NCBI RefSeq assembly: GCF_009914755.1
Contig: NC_060928.1
Source: the human T2T-CHM13v2.0 reference genome, Homo sapiens
Strand: one strand, 5' to 3'
DNA length: 64,000 nucleotides
The notes under the pieces: generated by a model
What the model was told of the DNA's origin: nothing
The model's input: only the letters and a program-made list of their open reading frames with translations
Database searches by the model: none
Part shown: piece by piece, positions 39,050 through 52,558 of the stretch
Position numbering within the stretch: position 1 is the stretch's first letter
Layout of the letters: the number at the start of each line of letters is the position of its first letter
Made by a program: the position numbers and the translations under genes

Positions 39050-40420
39050 TAGATCTTCCAACATATATCTACCATCCATTTCAAAGAGCATGCTTTCTAG
39101 AGAAACAAAATGGTGAGGAACTCTGAGAAGGCTATGTAATAAACATCACACTCAATATGGCTATAAAACTATGATTCTGCATGTTCCTCATTTACCAAAC
39201 CCCTGAAATTTACTAAAACTATGTGAAGGTGTATAGTAACTGTAATTTCAACATAGACCTACAACCAATACCCCACCAGTGGATTAAGTTTATATGGATC
39301 ACATCATTTAGATAGATTTATTCCATATGCCTACAAGAACTGGCAGAAAAAGCAGACTTTTTGTAAGCATTTGAAGTGTAAGACATGAAAATTATATTGT
39401 GAAACTATTTTGTTGTAATTTACTATTAAGTTTTTCTTGAAAAATAAGATCCTGGTCTCTCTCAAACAGTGACAAGTTTTCATGGAACGGTCAAGCACTT
39501 TATGCAAAATTCACATCCTACTTAGTTAAGTGGACAAGAATCATCCCCATAAATTATTAAATTCCCTCCCATCTGGATATTTTATGTTAACCACAGTGAA
39601 CATTAATATATTTTATTCAGTAATATATCTGTTATATATGAATGGTGATCTGCTAAATAATTTACTATTTATGGAGAACATTTTGATAAATTATTACTGT
39701 CATTATTGCAGAAATTAAACTATTCTTTAGAGTCCAATTTTAATATATTTTCAAGCATTTCTTGAACAGTAATTATTTTGTATCTATTATGTGTAAGGTG
39801 CAGAAGGAGATTTTTTAAAAAAATAAAAAACTATCACTTGTAAAATAATTACCAGTTGGTGGGTAGAGAAAAAATTTATTTTGACCAGAGTAAAATTTAT
39901 TCTGACCACAGGCACAAGATTTTTAATGTACAAATCCCAGCTGTCAATACATGAAGTTTCCCTGAACCTTTTCACTTTTCTTTTGTTAAGAACTCTCATC
40001 CAGCATCTAGCAGGCGCTGGATTCCTACCGGCCCTGCAGTTTAGTTTTCCTACACAGTTAATAGTAATTAGCTATTGTCCTCATCATCACTTCCAAACAT
40101 GCTATTAGTTTTCCAGTGGGCATTGATTCTGTAATATGCAATCTAACCTTCTAACCACTATAGCACAGAATAACCAGGGAATTATCCCCTAGGAAAACAG
40201 GAGTTCTTTTCACCTCTAAGTCAATGATCATTAAAAACAACCAATACACTGTGAAGCTTGACAAATCACAATGGGAATAGGGACCCAACAAATTGCAGTG
40301 GTGAAGTCACAATTATCTAGCAATTAGGTTTATAGCTGTATCCACCCTTTAAATAATCAAGTCTACAAATGTACCCACACTTCTTCCTGCAGAACTTAAT
40401 CTGGAAGGTTTCTAAAGCTT
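39050..40420 (+). mobile_element. Decayed Gypsy-type integrase relic H
   Basis: HHTQYGYKT (about 39144-39170), NYVKVYSNCNFNIDLQPIPHQW (39217-39282, cf. YV+.C..C...LQP+P...PW), IDLFHMPTRTGRKSRLFVSI (39312-39371), and near 40250-40400 KLDKSQW..GP and MYPHFFLQNL (GPY/F-like). Confidence 0.55.
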
Positions 40421-40639
40421 TCTTTCTTATTCAGGTTTCTGAAAGCAATTGCATCTGAGTGAAGTAATAATGACAAACCTTATGAAGCAGAAAGAACAGT
40501 AATTCATTTACTTAAGACTAATTTTTAAAAGGGGAGAATAATTGCCAAGCTCTATTTCCAAATGGAATATGTTCTGAGTCATCATAAAAATTTGGCTGCC
40601 AGAAGAGTATCTAGTTTAGTAAATAATGAAGGTGAATGC

Positions 40640-41085
40640 CCAATGTTTTTGGAATGCTTTCAGCAACAGGTAACAAACAGGAAGCCTGACTACAGTGGCT
40701 TGAAAAAAATGAGAAGTATTTTTCTCCCATAATGAGAAATCCAGAGTTTAGCAGTGCTGGGCTGGTTCAGCAGATCAATGATGCCAAAGACTCTGAGATC
40801 ACTTTACTTTGTCCTCACAATTACAAAAAAGCTGTTGTGGCTTCTACAATTATATCCCCTTTCCAACAAGAAGAAAGAGGATGTAGCAAGGAGAATGGGT
40901 GGTACCAATATTTGAAAGTAAAAGTTTTATTAGGAAGCTCCCAGGAAACTTCTGTGTATGTTTCTTTGGCTATAATTTTGCCCCGGAGCCAGTCCTTGCA
41001 GAAAGGTGGCTGGAGAGAAAAGAGATGCAGAGAGAAAAAGAAGAGCAGCTTTTGACATTTCAGAAACTGCAGCTATATAGCTAGG
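40640..41085 (-). mobile_element. Ancient MaLR/ERVL LTR fragment
   Basis: ggaatgctttcagcaacaggtaac...cagtggcttg...gggctggttcagcagatcaatgatgcc. Confidence 0.55.
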
Positions 41086-41089
41086 CCTT

Positions 41090-41614
41090 GATGTTGTGAA
41101 AAGCTAGCTATGTTCATAAATAGGCCTTGATGATATCCTGTTGAACATAAACAAGCTTCCAAATCACCAACATCAGTGACCATGATGAACTGAAAAAAAA
41201 AAAAGACCACTCTATAACCTTGTCTAAGCACATAAACAAGATCATTGTGCAAACCACAAAAATACCAAGCACCTTCATAGCCTGGCTAATATCAGTAGCT
41301 GCTGCTTCTTTCCCAGTTTGATTCTTTAGCCTCACTTTATTTTTCCCATATTATAGATAAGATTTTTAAAATAAGCAATCATATATTTACCCCCAATTCC
41401 TGATAGCATCCAATTCAGAGCAAAGCCACTTTCTTAAGCCCTCCCCAAAAATCACCTGAGACCAGATCCTGTAATAATCCTTCCAAACACCCTCTTACTG
41501 AAATGCCCCACATTTCCCATGGTGTGTGGTCTCCTTTCTTGCATCTATTAATAAGTCAGACTTGCTCGATTACAGGTATGTTCCTGGTGGTCTTTAGCTG
41601 GATGACATTAACAA
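41090..41614 (+). mobile_element. ERV solo LTR (MER89/MER90-like, subfamily uncertain)
   Basis: caccctcttactgaaatgccccac..cccatggtgtgtggtctcc...caggtatgttcctggtggtcttt..cattaaca, an LTR-like 3' end. Confidence 0.55.
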
Positions 41615-42639
41615 CAGATTGGATCAACCAAACCACAGTATTTGTCACACCTTTGTTTCATTCTAGTCTATTTATAATTAAAATGATGTGCCTTAATATG
41701 GCATGCTTCAAAATCCTTAGCTAGAAAAGTAGCCATGGTATACTGAACAGAGCATATGATGAACCATCAGGGGATAAACACTCTAGTCCACTCTGCCTAA
41801 TTAGTTAAGTGACCCTGGGAAAGTCATTTAAAATGAGAGGAACTGACCTCACAATAATCCAAAGAACCCACTAACACTCACATGTCTGAGAAATGGCGTA
41901 AAAATAAAGCTCCAAGAAATTAAGTACATTTTCCTTCTATTTACATTTTGTAAGTGGCAGAACCAGGATTTGAACCCGGGCAGAGTCTAAAAGCTTTCCA
42001 TTGTACCATGTTGCCTCAACAGGCCCCAGCTTCCTCTATGAACTGACTAGGTTGGTAAACCAGAACCAGAATCTAGTAATGGCCCTTTTCATTCACCAAA
42101 GATTCTGAATGACAATTAATAATATTTATATTTATTCTTTTTTAGTCCCACCAGGTCTGTAGATGAAAGGTGCAAGACTAATTCGAGGTAATGTGCGTTT
42201 ATGGAGTTTTGATTTTTAGCAAGCGCTTTTCTACATAGCATAAATCATAGATTTGATCTATCATTTGAACATCCAAGTCAAATCAATTTTCAGTTCCCTG
42301 TAATTTAAAATATGACGACTTTACTTAAGGAATTGTATGAGATGCTATACCAAGAAGGACTGAAGAAGTAAAGCCTTAACTTAAGTAAGGAAAGCAAGTG
42401 ACATATCCTTTATCTCTACTCAATGCTAAACTTTAATACTTTTGCACACCTGTTTGGGATCCTTTACAAATAATAGACAAATACATACAAGAAATGAATT
42501 TATCCAATCACACAAATAATAAGGACAAATATAAAATTGTATCCATTCTACCAACAATTTAGTAAATATTTTTTAAAGAAATAAGCCGTGTAGAGGATTT
42601 GTGGAAATATGCACTGAAGGACCAGAGAAAGAAATGTTA

Positions 42640-43205
42640 TTCTTTAACTTTCTTTTGGAAGGCAATATAGAACACGTATAAAACACTAAGATTTTTGCAT
42701 ATCATATTTGACCCACAAATTCATCCTATACAAAATCATAGTGGTGTAGAGAGTGAGCCACAAAATTGTTTGTAGAAATATTCATAGTGGATGAAAATTA
42801 GTAAAAAGGTAAAATGTTAGAAATTTATTTTTACCAGAGTAAAATGTATTTACTACTAATAATTATTTATTATTCTAAGAAGAATGGTTTAATAAACTAT
42901 GGTTTATTTATACAATGAAAATCTGTGCAAGTATTAAAAATGAAATGAAAAAGCACTAAGCAACATAGGCAAATGTTCAAAATATATTACTAGGTTAAAA
43001 AATGTAAATTACAAATATGTGATTGTGTTTTTGTTTTATACATGTGTGTATATAGGAGTAAATGAATTTTTAAAAGGAGAAATATGCTGAGTAGTTATCT
43101 TTGGCAGGATCATAGATGGTTTTATTTTCTTCTTTTTATTTATCTACATTTTCCAAATTCTCTACCAGGAAAATATATTACCTTTATAATAATAAAAATA
43201 TACTA
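42640..43205 (+). mobile_element. Old L1M (L1ME-like) 3' fragment
   Basis: aatggtttaataaactatggtttatttatacaatgaaa...gtagttatct...acattttccaaattctctac. Confidence 0.7.
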
Positions 43206-43599
43206 AGTGAAATTTTAAAACAAATGCTAATACATCTCAGTCAATAAAAAATATACTATTCGGTATTTCAATACTAAATTCACTTGTCCTTTAAAATAAA
43301 CAAACAACTCTGGATAAAAGACAAACATTCTCCATGAAGTAAACCTAGCTCACAGATGCCACGCCAAGGGCCATCTTTGTTCTGTCAACCATGAATGTCC
43401 TTTTCTTTAGAGGTTTGTTTTTCAAATAATTGTTTTAATTATCTTCTCTACTTTATAATTTGGAAATCTAGCTTAAAAGGAATAGTGTATGTGTAAACAA
43501 ATTCTAAAAAACAAAATGATCAAAATAAGTATCGTTTATGTTATAAAAATTTTTCTTGTGGTATTACCCACATGAACTTCTGAGTGTTGTAAAGACAGT

Positions 43600-45300
43600 T
43601 TGTTTACTTAACATGTTGTACTTTTATAGTGTTATTTTTTGTAAGCCAATGCAATGTTGCCAATCAACAATTGTGCAAATGATCTTTGGAGAATGATGTT
43701 GTCAAAGGAGGAGGTTGTTTTTGGGTCTTCTGTTTTCTTTAGGCATTTTTCTCTTAAACATAGGAAGGATTTTCAAAAATCACCATCAAAAAAAGCCTGT
43801 GCCTTATTTAACTGCCACATTAATGATAGAAATTTAAGCATCACTGAAAAGAGAAGTTGAATAATTTACCAGCACAGAACACATTACAATAGCTACCTTG
43901 TATTGGTTGCCTATTGTTACTTATGTTCTTTAAGGTTTATTACTTTATTTAAACCCCACAGGCATCCTGCAAAGCAAATATGATTACCACTGTTTTGCAG
44001 ATGAAGAAAATGAAGCTCAGGAAGTTTAAATAATTTGAAAACTTTGAAAGTTTAAATAATTTAATAAAATAGCCATAAAAATAATCAGGATTTGAACACA
44101 GGTCTCAGACTCCAGTGCTATGTTCTGTTCACTATGTACACTATGGGACTGGATTCTGATATGTCTGTTTTTCTCATTTGTTCCATATTGAGCACCTTAG
44201 AAAATGTGTCTTCTCACATCTATAATATGAACTAATGTGAAGTTATTCAAATGCATGATTCTGAAAAACCTTGAATGATTTAGGAAATCACCCACAATAT
44301 AGTTTTGTATGTGACAGTGAGTATCAGCATGTCACTGGTATCTTCTTCTTCCACAGCTTGAGATACAGTGTTACTCTGCAGAAAAATTTCAAAGTACAAT
44401 TTCAAGTTTTCCAGTATTTTTTTTAATTCTTTGCCCCAGTATATCCAATTATCCCCATAGTGTTTCTTCTGTACAAAGGATCAACACTGTTTGATTTCAT
44501 CTTGCTAATAGATCCAAAACTAAATGTCCCTTCTTAGGCTGGAGGTCTACATGACTGCTCTCAATTCTGGTTGTTCCAGATCCTCCTTACTGTCTTGTGT
44601 TCAATGCTGAAGACCTGGTGTCCATGCCTAACATAACCTGAAGGTGCCTCTTGAATGGATCACATTTGGCTTTCCTTATGTCCTTGCTCACTATCATGGC
44701 TACCACGAGAGCCAAGGCAACCCACAGAGATGGACTTGAAGTGAGAAATCTACTCTGACCTTTGCCAGAACATCCAGCTCAGATTTTGGCCTAGGTAAGG
44801 AGTTCTTAACTGTGTCAAATTTGGCTTGAACTCCCAAAGTTGCAACTCTTTGCATTCACGGATACATCCACTTCTATTAGGCAAATGGGTTACCAAAATA
44901 ATACGGTTTAGACAGATTCCAAGTAAAGCTATCTGTAGAACCAGAACCAAATTTTCCTTGATGCATTTTTCCATTCACTGGTTGGCTTAGTCACATCCTC
45001 TTAATGTATTCTTTATCATATCAGCATTTTTTTTGCACTTTATTGACATCTTGACTAGGTCAGCATTACCCAGTCTATCCCGTAGGTTTTAATAACTTTT
45101 AAACTAAAAAGAAAAAATATCTTAAAGTCGGGGTTTCTTTCTTAAAAGTCTTTCCTGTATAGTATCTCCTATATAACATCCATGTAAATAGGCTGCCCAA
45201 CTTTCCTCTGCCAAAAATCTAAGCTCCATGTACCAAAGATATGCCAGGGGGTGTCATTTGGTTGCCTCTGTCTTGGATCCCTGAGCCCAGGGAAATTGCA
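43600..45300 (-). mobile_element. Decayed Ty3/Gypsy pol relic J (RT-RNaseH-integrase), with a MIR in the integrase
   Basis: Minus strand: WAAYL (about 45199-45185), RLGNADL..SIKC (about 45076-45035), IEVDVS (44877-44860), ALALVVA (about 44718-44698), DLQPKKGHLVLDLLAR (about 44547-44500, cf. I.++.GK.N..AD.LSR), DVRRHI (44220-44203), IALAYK (about 43655). Confidence 0.5.
43880..44135 (-). mobile_element. MIR SINE
   Basis: gctaccttgtattggttgcctat...ctgttttgcagatgaagaaaatgaagctcagg...caggatttgaacacaggtct. Confidence 0.85.
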
Positions 45301-45564
45301 TAATAATATCCTGTTCCAAAGTTATATTGTCTTAGTCAGTTTGATCTGCTTTTTAAACAAAAATACGTTACACTGGGTGGCTTAAGCAATTGAACCCACA
45401 AAACCCAGTTCCATGTCCATAAACATAACTTACTCTACAGCTTTCCTTGAGGGAAAAAATTACATAATCTTAATAAGTACTACTATAATAAATTATATTA
45501 GATAGATATTAACTTATATATAATCTAGTTTAAGAATAAAATAGAATAAACTATTGGTTTAAAG

Positions 45565-45769
45565 GAGGGGTATCCAATCTTTTGGCTTCCCTGAGCTGTA
45601 TTGTAAGAATAAGAATTATCTTGGGCCACACATAAAATACACTAGCATTAGCGATAACTGATGAGCTAAAAAAATAAAAAAAAAATCTCATAATGTTTTA
45701 AGAAAATTTACGAATTTGTGTTGGGAAACATTCATAGCCATCCTGGGCCACGAAGGTTAGATAAGCTTG
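45565..45769. mobile_element. MER30 hAT MITE
   Basis: aggggtatccaatcttttggcttccctg...gggccacacataaaatacact...ggttagataagcttg. 8-bp TSD gtttaaag / gtttaaaa. Confidence 0.9.
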
Positions 45770-46659
45770 GTTTAAAAAAGGAAGCACATTAATACTTTCA
45801 GGCTAAAAAGATATCATACAGAAAATTTTATTTGTGCTAGAAGAGATCAGAAGCTACAAGAGCATATGAAAAAATGATAGGCAGGAACCGCTCAAAACAA
45901 AGACCGCATGAGGACCTCCTGGCCCTGATACTGTTATACATTTTCTCATCTTCTACAGGAAAGATTTAGGCAGAAAGACTGTAAATATTATATTTCTGTT
46001 TGATTAAAAAAACTGGTCCTGCTTAAAGTATTTCTGAAGATTTCCTCCTGAAAAAAAATCAATAATAACAACAACAATAACAACCTCTCTCTTCTTTTCT
46101 TGGGTCAGTCTGGAGATACATTTCATTTATATTTGTGCCAGAGAAAGTTTCTTCGTCCTTTTTCTTTTGTTTTAATTAGGGGGAAAATGTTCTTATCAAC
46201 TTTACATTATATCATCTTATCTTGGTTGGCCAGAATCCCAGAGAAACTTGTATAGGTTTTAAATTTCTTTACTTTTGCTCCCTGTAGAGAAGCCATATTT
46301 TGCTACACTCAGAAAAATTTATTGCCAAAGATTGATGACTCCTTACATGGGAAATTTAAATACACACAGTGTCTGCACTTTTAGACTGTTTCAAATAGTA
46401 TATTTAATTTTACATTGACTTCCCTAAAATCATCTAATGATTTATTTTAACCTCTTTTATGCAGAAGACATTCTGATAACAAAATGTGTAAATTATTCAA
46501 GAGAAGGAAAACATGTTACTATCATTAAAGAAAAACCTTATTTCTAAACAAAGCATGATTAAAATTTAGTCCTTACTTCTTTACTTATATTTTAATTGTT
46601 TTTTTAAAAATCCTTTTGTTTATAAACTAACACACTGTAGGAAAATAGAGAAAAATAAC

Positions 46660-47280
46660 CTAGCCCTTATTATTACAATGAATATTTTTTAAGACCTGTA
46701 AACTGCTAGTCATTCCTAAATCCCAGTGGCAGGGAGCAGGGGTGGTGGTAGAGAGACTTAAAAACAGCAAAAACAAACACTTCAGCCACACTAAAATCAG
46801 AATTGCTTGAAGGACCCTCATTTCTTTTTTAAATTTAAGTTCTTCTACCCCATCTATTCCCATTGTGGTGATAGAAATAATAAAGCTTTAATTTAAAGTC
46901 GAAAATTAATATATTACAACAGATTTGAGAGCAAAGCGCTGGAACTAGACAACTTTCTGTAATCGAAACCCACAACAAAGATAAATTAAACTTCCTATAA
47001 TTTTATAAATTACAGAAGGAATACCTGTAATTACCCACATAAATGATGATGAAAATATTTGCCCGTAGGAATTGGAATACATTTGAAGGGAGGCTGCCTT
47101 GTTTGCCATGCTGAAAAAAGAAGGCATGTTGACACGCAGGAAAATAGTAGTGCATTTTGGATAGCAATGAGAAAAAGGACTTTAAAGAAACCTGATAAAC
47201 AGGACATGGATGTTTTCTATGAGGAGATTCAACAAGCCCAACTAAACAAGAAATGACCTGTGACAAGCAAAACTACCCCT

Positions 47281-47320
<40 letters not shown>

Positions 47321-48430
47321 CACCTTTTCAACCAGCTCCTAAAGCGCACTAGCTAGCAGATAATCACCTAGAGCAAACCAGGTGTGATGTGCATTTTCAT
47401 GTAGATCAAGCCTGAACCATCCCACCCGCCTCCCATCCCCAGTAGAAGACAGTTCTACAGGCTCTACAAACCACAGAATGCCAGCATCTAGAAAACTGGC
47501 AGAGTTTCCAAATGTTAATCCCATCATAAAAGATGAACATCATTTCAGTCCAGCTAAATTAGAAATATAAGATGATGGAAATGGCATGCATTACTCCTAT
47601 AACCAGTCATCCAAAATAAATGGGCTCATTTATATATAGCTTTGCTATTTAAGAGATATTTGAAGGCAGTCAAGCTTAAAGTATAAGTTAGAACATGTCA
47701 TGTCAAGCAACTTAGAGAATCTCATAACTAATGTTATTTTTACCCTGAATGTACAGTTCACATTCATTATTCCAGGTAGAAGCTTCATCAGCATCCCCTA
47801 GCACATTATGAATTCCTAATCCAAGACTCTCTCGTCTATAAGCAATGTGTTTCTTCTTTTTGCTGTAAATGATATATGGACTCCAGAGAGCAAAGTTTCT
47901 CTGTAACACATCATTCCAAAAAGGCTCTTCCCACCTCCATCCCCAGTAGTAAGCAGATTCTTTGCAGAGTTTCCATTTACCTACTTGAACACAACGGTGA
48001 TTTAAAAATCTTTATGTTTATTATACAATCATAATGGGATGAACACCTTTCATAAAGAATCCAGTGCTCTTCAAACAGAAGTAACTTACTTTGTACAGCT
48101 ACAAATATCTTAGTATCTTTTTAAGGGAAAGTATCATCAAATAGAACTATTCTCAGGGTAGACCCATTAAACCAGTCACAAGATAAAGAACATAGGTAAA
48201 TACTGTTCTTAATTGCCTGGACAACATTCTGTAACTCAATCGAATACTTTCTAAAACTATATATGTCCGTAAAGTAGTGTATCATTTTATTTTGTCACCT
48301 AGTACTTAAAAGCAGTGTTAGAAAGTGCATTGAGTCAAAAGTGAGCAATTCAAATTCTACAGCTATGAGCCTCTCCATCTTTATTTTTTTCTTTTGTCAA
48401 ATATTGTATGATTCTAGAGGCTAAAACAGT
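46660..48430 (-). mobile_element. Decayed Ty3/Gypsy (Sushi/chromovirus-like) pol relic K (RT-RNaseH-integrase)
   Basis: Minus strand: EFELLTF (about 48357-48337), HYFTDIYSF (48279-48253), ELYIQGKNNISYEIL (ORF 47712-47909), DAGILWF and LHENAHHTWFA (ORF 47339-47527), GLLNLL, TTIFLRVNM..FFSMA, ITGIPSVI (ORF 46945-47127), FKLKLYYFYHH (to about 46865), IDGVEE and VWLKCL (ORF 46660-46863). Confidence 0.7.
47282..47318. repeat. (CA)n microsatellite
   Basis: Directly visible, about 18 units. Confidence 0.97.
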
Positions 48431-48802
48431 TCCTACAAATGCCTACCCAGAAAGGAGAAGCAAGCAAAGGAAAGAAGGGAGGGAGGAAGGAAGCATGGAG
48501 GTAGGGAGAAAGACACCATCTACTTGGTCCTGCTCTGTAATACTTGAAGGTTCTCCCTGTGATTTTATTCTGTCTTTGGATCTCTAACAACCCAACAGCC
48601 ACCATTAGTCACAAAAACACATCTGTGTTTAAAAAACTGTCCACAGAAAATTGAAGTGAGTGATCTATACATCACAGAAACAAAAGGAGAGAGAGATGTA
48701 TATATATATATATATATCCTTTTTCTACACTATTATATATAATAGTAGAGAAAAGCCTCAACACAAGAAATAAGGTTATTACACACAAAACTTAGATATC
48801 CC

Positions 48803-49169
48803 GGCCAGGCATGGTAGCTCATGCCTGTAATCCCAGTACTTTAGGAGACCAAGGCTGGATGATCACTTGAAGCCAGGACTTCAAGACCATCCTGGGTAAC
48901 ATAGTAAGATCTTATCTCTACAAAAAATACAAAAATTAGCTGGGCATGGTGGCACGCACCTGTAGTCCTAGTTACTCAGGAAGCTGAGGCAGGAAAACCA
49001 CTTGAGCATAGGAGTTTGAAGCTGCAGCAAGCTATGTTCATGCCACTGTACTCCTGCTTAGGTGACAGAGTTAGACTCTGTGGAGAGAAAGGAAAGGAAA
49101 GAGGAAAGAGAAAAAGAAAGAGAAAGGAAAGGAAGAGAGAGAGAGAAAGAGAGAAAGAAAAGAAAAAAA
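48803..49169 (+). mobile_element. AluJ SINE with a GA-rich tail
   Basis: ggccaggcatggtagctcatgcc...gatcacttgaagccaggacttcaag. Flanking aaa.ttagatat at about 48788 and 49171 is TSD-like. Confidence 0.9.
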
Positions 49170-49299
49170 TAAAGTTAGATATGCAGAGATTTTGAGATGA
49201 CCTACAGAATTCATATGGATCCACAATCCTTATAGCTAGATCCTTATATGATTGCTCCAAAAATGTACATTCTGGACCTAGCACATTAGCTAGCCCCCC

Positions 49300-50480
49300 A
49301 ACAATTCTTAATTTCTAGTAGATATGGCAGAATAATGTTACATGAAATGGTGGTATCAAGTTGTTATATGAGAATGACAACATAGGAATCCTAATAAAAT
49401 GCTTGTAGATGGTCTTTGAGGTCAGTTAAAAATCACCAAATATTTTTGACGGCAATATCTCTAGTACTTGTACCTCTGTTTATCTGTCATTATCTCAAGT
49501 CTTAGTTCCTATTGATTAAATCTATTTAGCAACAGTTATAAAATTTTTCTTCTAGATGTGAAATGGCCATAGGGACTCTACTTCCTGGTTAACATGTCTT
49601 AATGAATCACCACATTTTCATGTTTTCCCACAGGAAAGGAACATGGTAAAATAGAAATAGGTTAAGATGTAATGATCTCCCCCTTTCCTGAATATGCCTC
49701 TGAATCGCTCTGTGTATACCTCTGCATTCTTTCATTTGCATATAAGGAAACCACTATGGCTTATAGCTTTTACAAACTGATGCCAATAATGGTCACATAT
49801 CTTACAAAGATCTAGAATTTATTACAAAGTAATTAAAATCAATAACAACAACAAGAAAACAAACTTCCAAAAGGTCAAAACTTTAACCAATCTACATAAT
49901 CACTAAAATTTAGCACCAAGTATTAAAAGCAAAGACATAAAAGCAATCCTGTGATGAATTTCCATACACATAAATATTCACTAAGTAGGAAAATACCTGA
50001 TTAAAGAGTTAAAGAAATTTTATTTGTAACACTTTCCTTAAAGGGATTTTTCTTTTCCAAAATAGTATAAATCATTGTATTTTAGACCTCCTACTATCTA
50101 CTTTATTGGTCTAAAGATTATTGGTACTTTAATGATAAGTTAAATACATTTTAACAGAAAGATAATTAAATGAACACTTGAAGTATTAACATAATTACAT
50201 ATAGTCAGGCAAATTCTGTGTATGAGATGAAATGTCATTCCAAAAGTATCTCATTGCTGTTTTTGTGTCACATTTAGACATGAGACACTGAGTATATACT
50301 TGTCGGCTAAGTGTTCACAAATCCTACTAAGGGCATGTATTGGGGGACTTGGCATTGCCAGGTTGTAGAGAGTACTTGCATCTCCTTGCATCAAATTTGG
50401 ATGAAATTCTAAAACCATATAGGCTGCTCCAGAATACATCCGGCTTCTGGTGGATAAATAGGTCCACCATTTCTGGTTAT
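49300..50480 (-). mobile_element. Possible gag-protease remnant upstream of relic K (tentative)
   Basis: Minus strand: MVDLFIHQKPDVF (about 50470-50432), LMQGDASTLY (ORF 50251-50439, cf. L.G.A..W+), FLSCGK (about 49640), KKNFI (about 49550), ILLGF (about 49400). These matches are weak. Confidence 0.3.
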
Positions 50481-52558
50481 TTTTCTAAGTAAGTTGTAAA
50501 AACCCTCCCTATGTAAGGCCTATTTGACAAGTATTTTTTCTAGTACATAAAACTAGAATATGATAAAAAATTTTTATAAACATAACTCAACCTAAAACTC
50601 TTGAAATATCTTATGGTTTATGACAACACACACATTCAATTACTGGAGACACATACTAAATACTACATATTTGTTGATAAAGCTGAAACTCCTAAACCTA
50701 CCAAAAAGGCCTTCAAGACTGCCACCAATTCCATTTTCTTCCTCCACAGTGGAAGACTAAAAACTGCCAATCAATGACTAATCTCCCCTGTTTCTGCTAT
50801 CAGAACTTGTCTGTATACAAGAGCAATGTGCTCATCTCTAGGAGGTGATGAACAACCATTCTAAGGTGATAATCACAATGTTCTTTCCCTTTGCCATATA
50901 GTCATTTTTTCACTCTCCTTTGCAACTAGGAGGGATATTTTCTAATAAAAGAGACCAATGGAGCTGGACTCTCCCCTTCCCTCTTTCTTCTTCTTCCTGC
51001 ATGGATATGATGCCTGGTGTTGTGGTAGCCATATTAAAAACCGTGGGGCCTTCAGCCAAAGGGGAAAAAGCCAGCAAATGAAGGAAGGAGAATGCAAGGT
51101 AGAAAGAGCCTATATCCTTGACAGCATCATGAACAATGGGAGCAATGCCAGCAATTTTCTATATTCTTACTTCTTGCTCTGTAGGAAAAAATAATTCCTT
51201 ATTTACTAAAGCCACTGTTGGATTGTGGCTGGCAAGATGTCTGAATAGGAACAGCTCCGGTCTGTAGCTCCCAGCGAGATCAACGCAGAAGGTGGGTGAT
51301 TTCTGCATTTCCAACTGAGGTGCACAGCTCATCTCACTGGAACTGGTTAGACAGCGGGTGCAGCCCATGGAGAGTGAGCTGAAGCAGGGTGGGATGTCAC
51401 CTCACACAGGAAGCACAAGGGGTCAGGGAACTCCCTCCTCTACCCAAGGAAAGCCCTGAGGGACTGTGCTGTAAGGAACAGTGCACCCTGGCCAAGATAA
51501 TATGCTTTTCCCACGGTCTTCGCAACCTGCAGACCAGGAGATTCCCTCCGGTACCTACATCACCAGGGCCCTGGGTTTCAAGCACAAAACTGGGCAGTCA
51601 TTTGGGCAGACATCGAGCTAGCTGCAGGAAATTTTTTCATACTCCAGTGGTGCCTGGAACACCAGCAAGACAGAAAAAGTTAGACCCCTGGAAAGGGGGC
51701 TGAAGTCAGGGAGCCAAGTGGTCTAGCTTAGAGGATCCCACCCCAAGGGAGCCCAGCAAGCTAAGATCCACTGGCTTGAAATTCTCACTGCCAGCAGAGC
51801 AGTCTGAAGTCAATCTGGCATGCTGGAGCTTGGTGGGAGGAGGGGCGTCTGCCATTACTGAGGCTTGAGTAGGTGGTTTTCCCCTCACAGTGTAAACAAA
51901 GCGGCCAGGAAGTTTGAACTGGGCGGAGCCCACCACAGCTTGGCTAAGCCACTGTAGCCAGACTGTCTCTCTAGATTCCTTTTCTCTGGGCAGGGCATCT
52001 CTGAAAGAAAGGTGGCAGCCCCAGTCAGGGGCTTATAGATCAAACTCCCATCTCCCTGGGACAGAGCACCTGGGGGAAGGGGTGGCTGTGGGCACAGGTT
52101 CAGCAGACTTAAATGTTCCTGCCTGCTGGCTCTGAAAAGAGCAGCAGATCTCCCAGCACAGCCCTTGAGATCTGCTAAGGGACAGACTGCCTCCTCAAGT
52201 GGGTCCCTGAACCCCGTGACTTCTGACAGGGAGAAACCTCCCAGCAGGGGTCAGCAGACACCTCATATAGGAAAGCTCCAGCTGGCATCTGGCAGGAGCC
52301 CCTCTAAGATGAAGCTTCCAGAGGAAGGAACAGCAGCAATCTTTGCTGTTCTGCAGCCTCTGCTGGTGATACCCAGGCACACAGGGTCTGGAGTGGACCT
52401 CCAGCAAACTGCAGCAGACCTGCAGCAGAGAGGCCTGTTAGAAAGAAAACTAACAAACACAAAGGAATAGGATCAATGTCAACAAAAAGGACGTCCACAC
52501 AGGAACCCCATCTGAAGGTCACCAACATCAAAGACCAAAGGTAGATAAATCCAGGAAG

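Noticed and set aside
39871-42850. 21-bp tandem at 39871-39912 and a similar 30-mer at 42821-42850
   Set aside because: Short and very AT-rich, and I could not extend it or attach any function.
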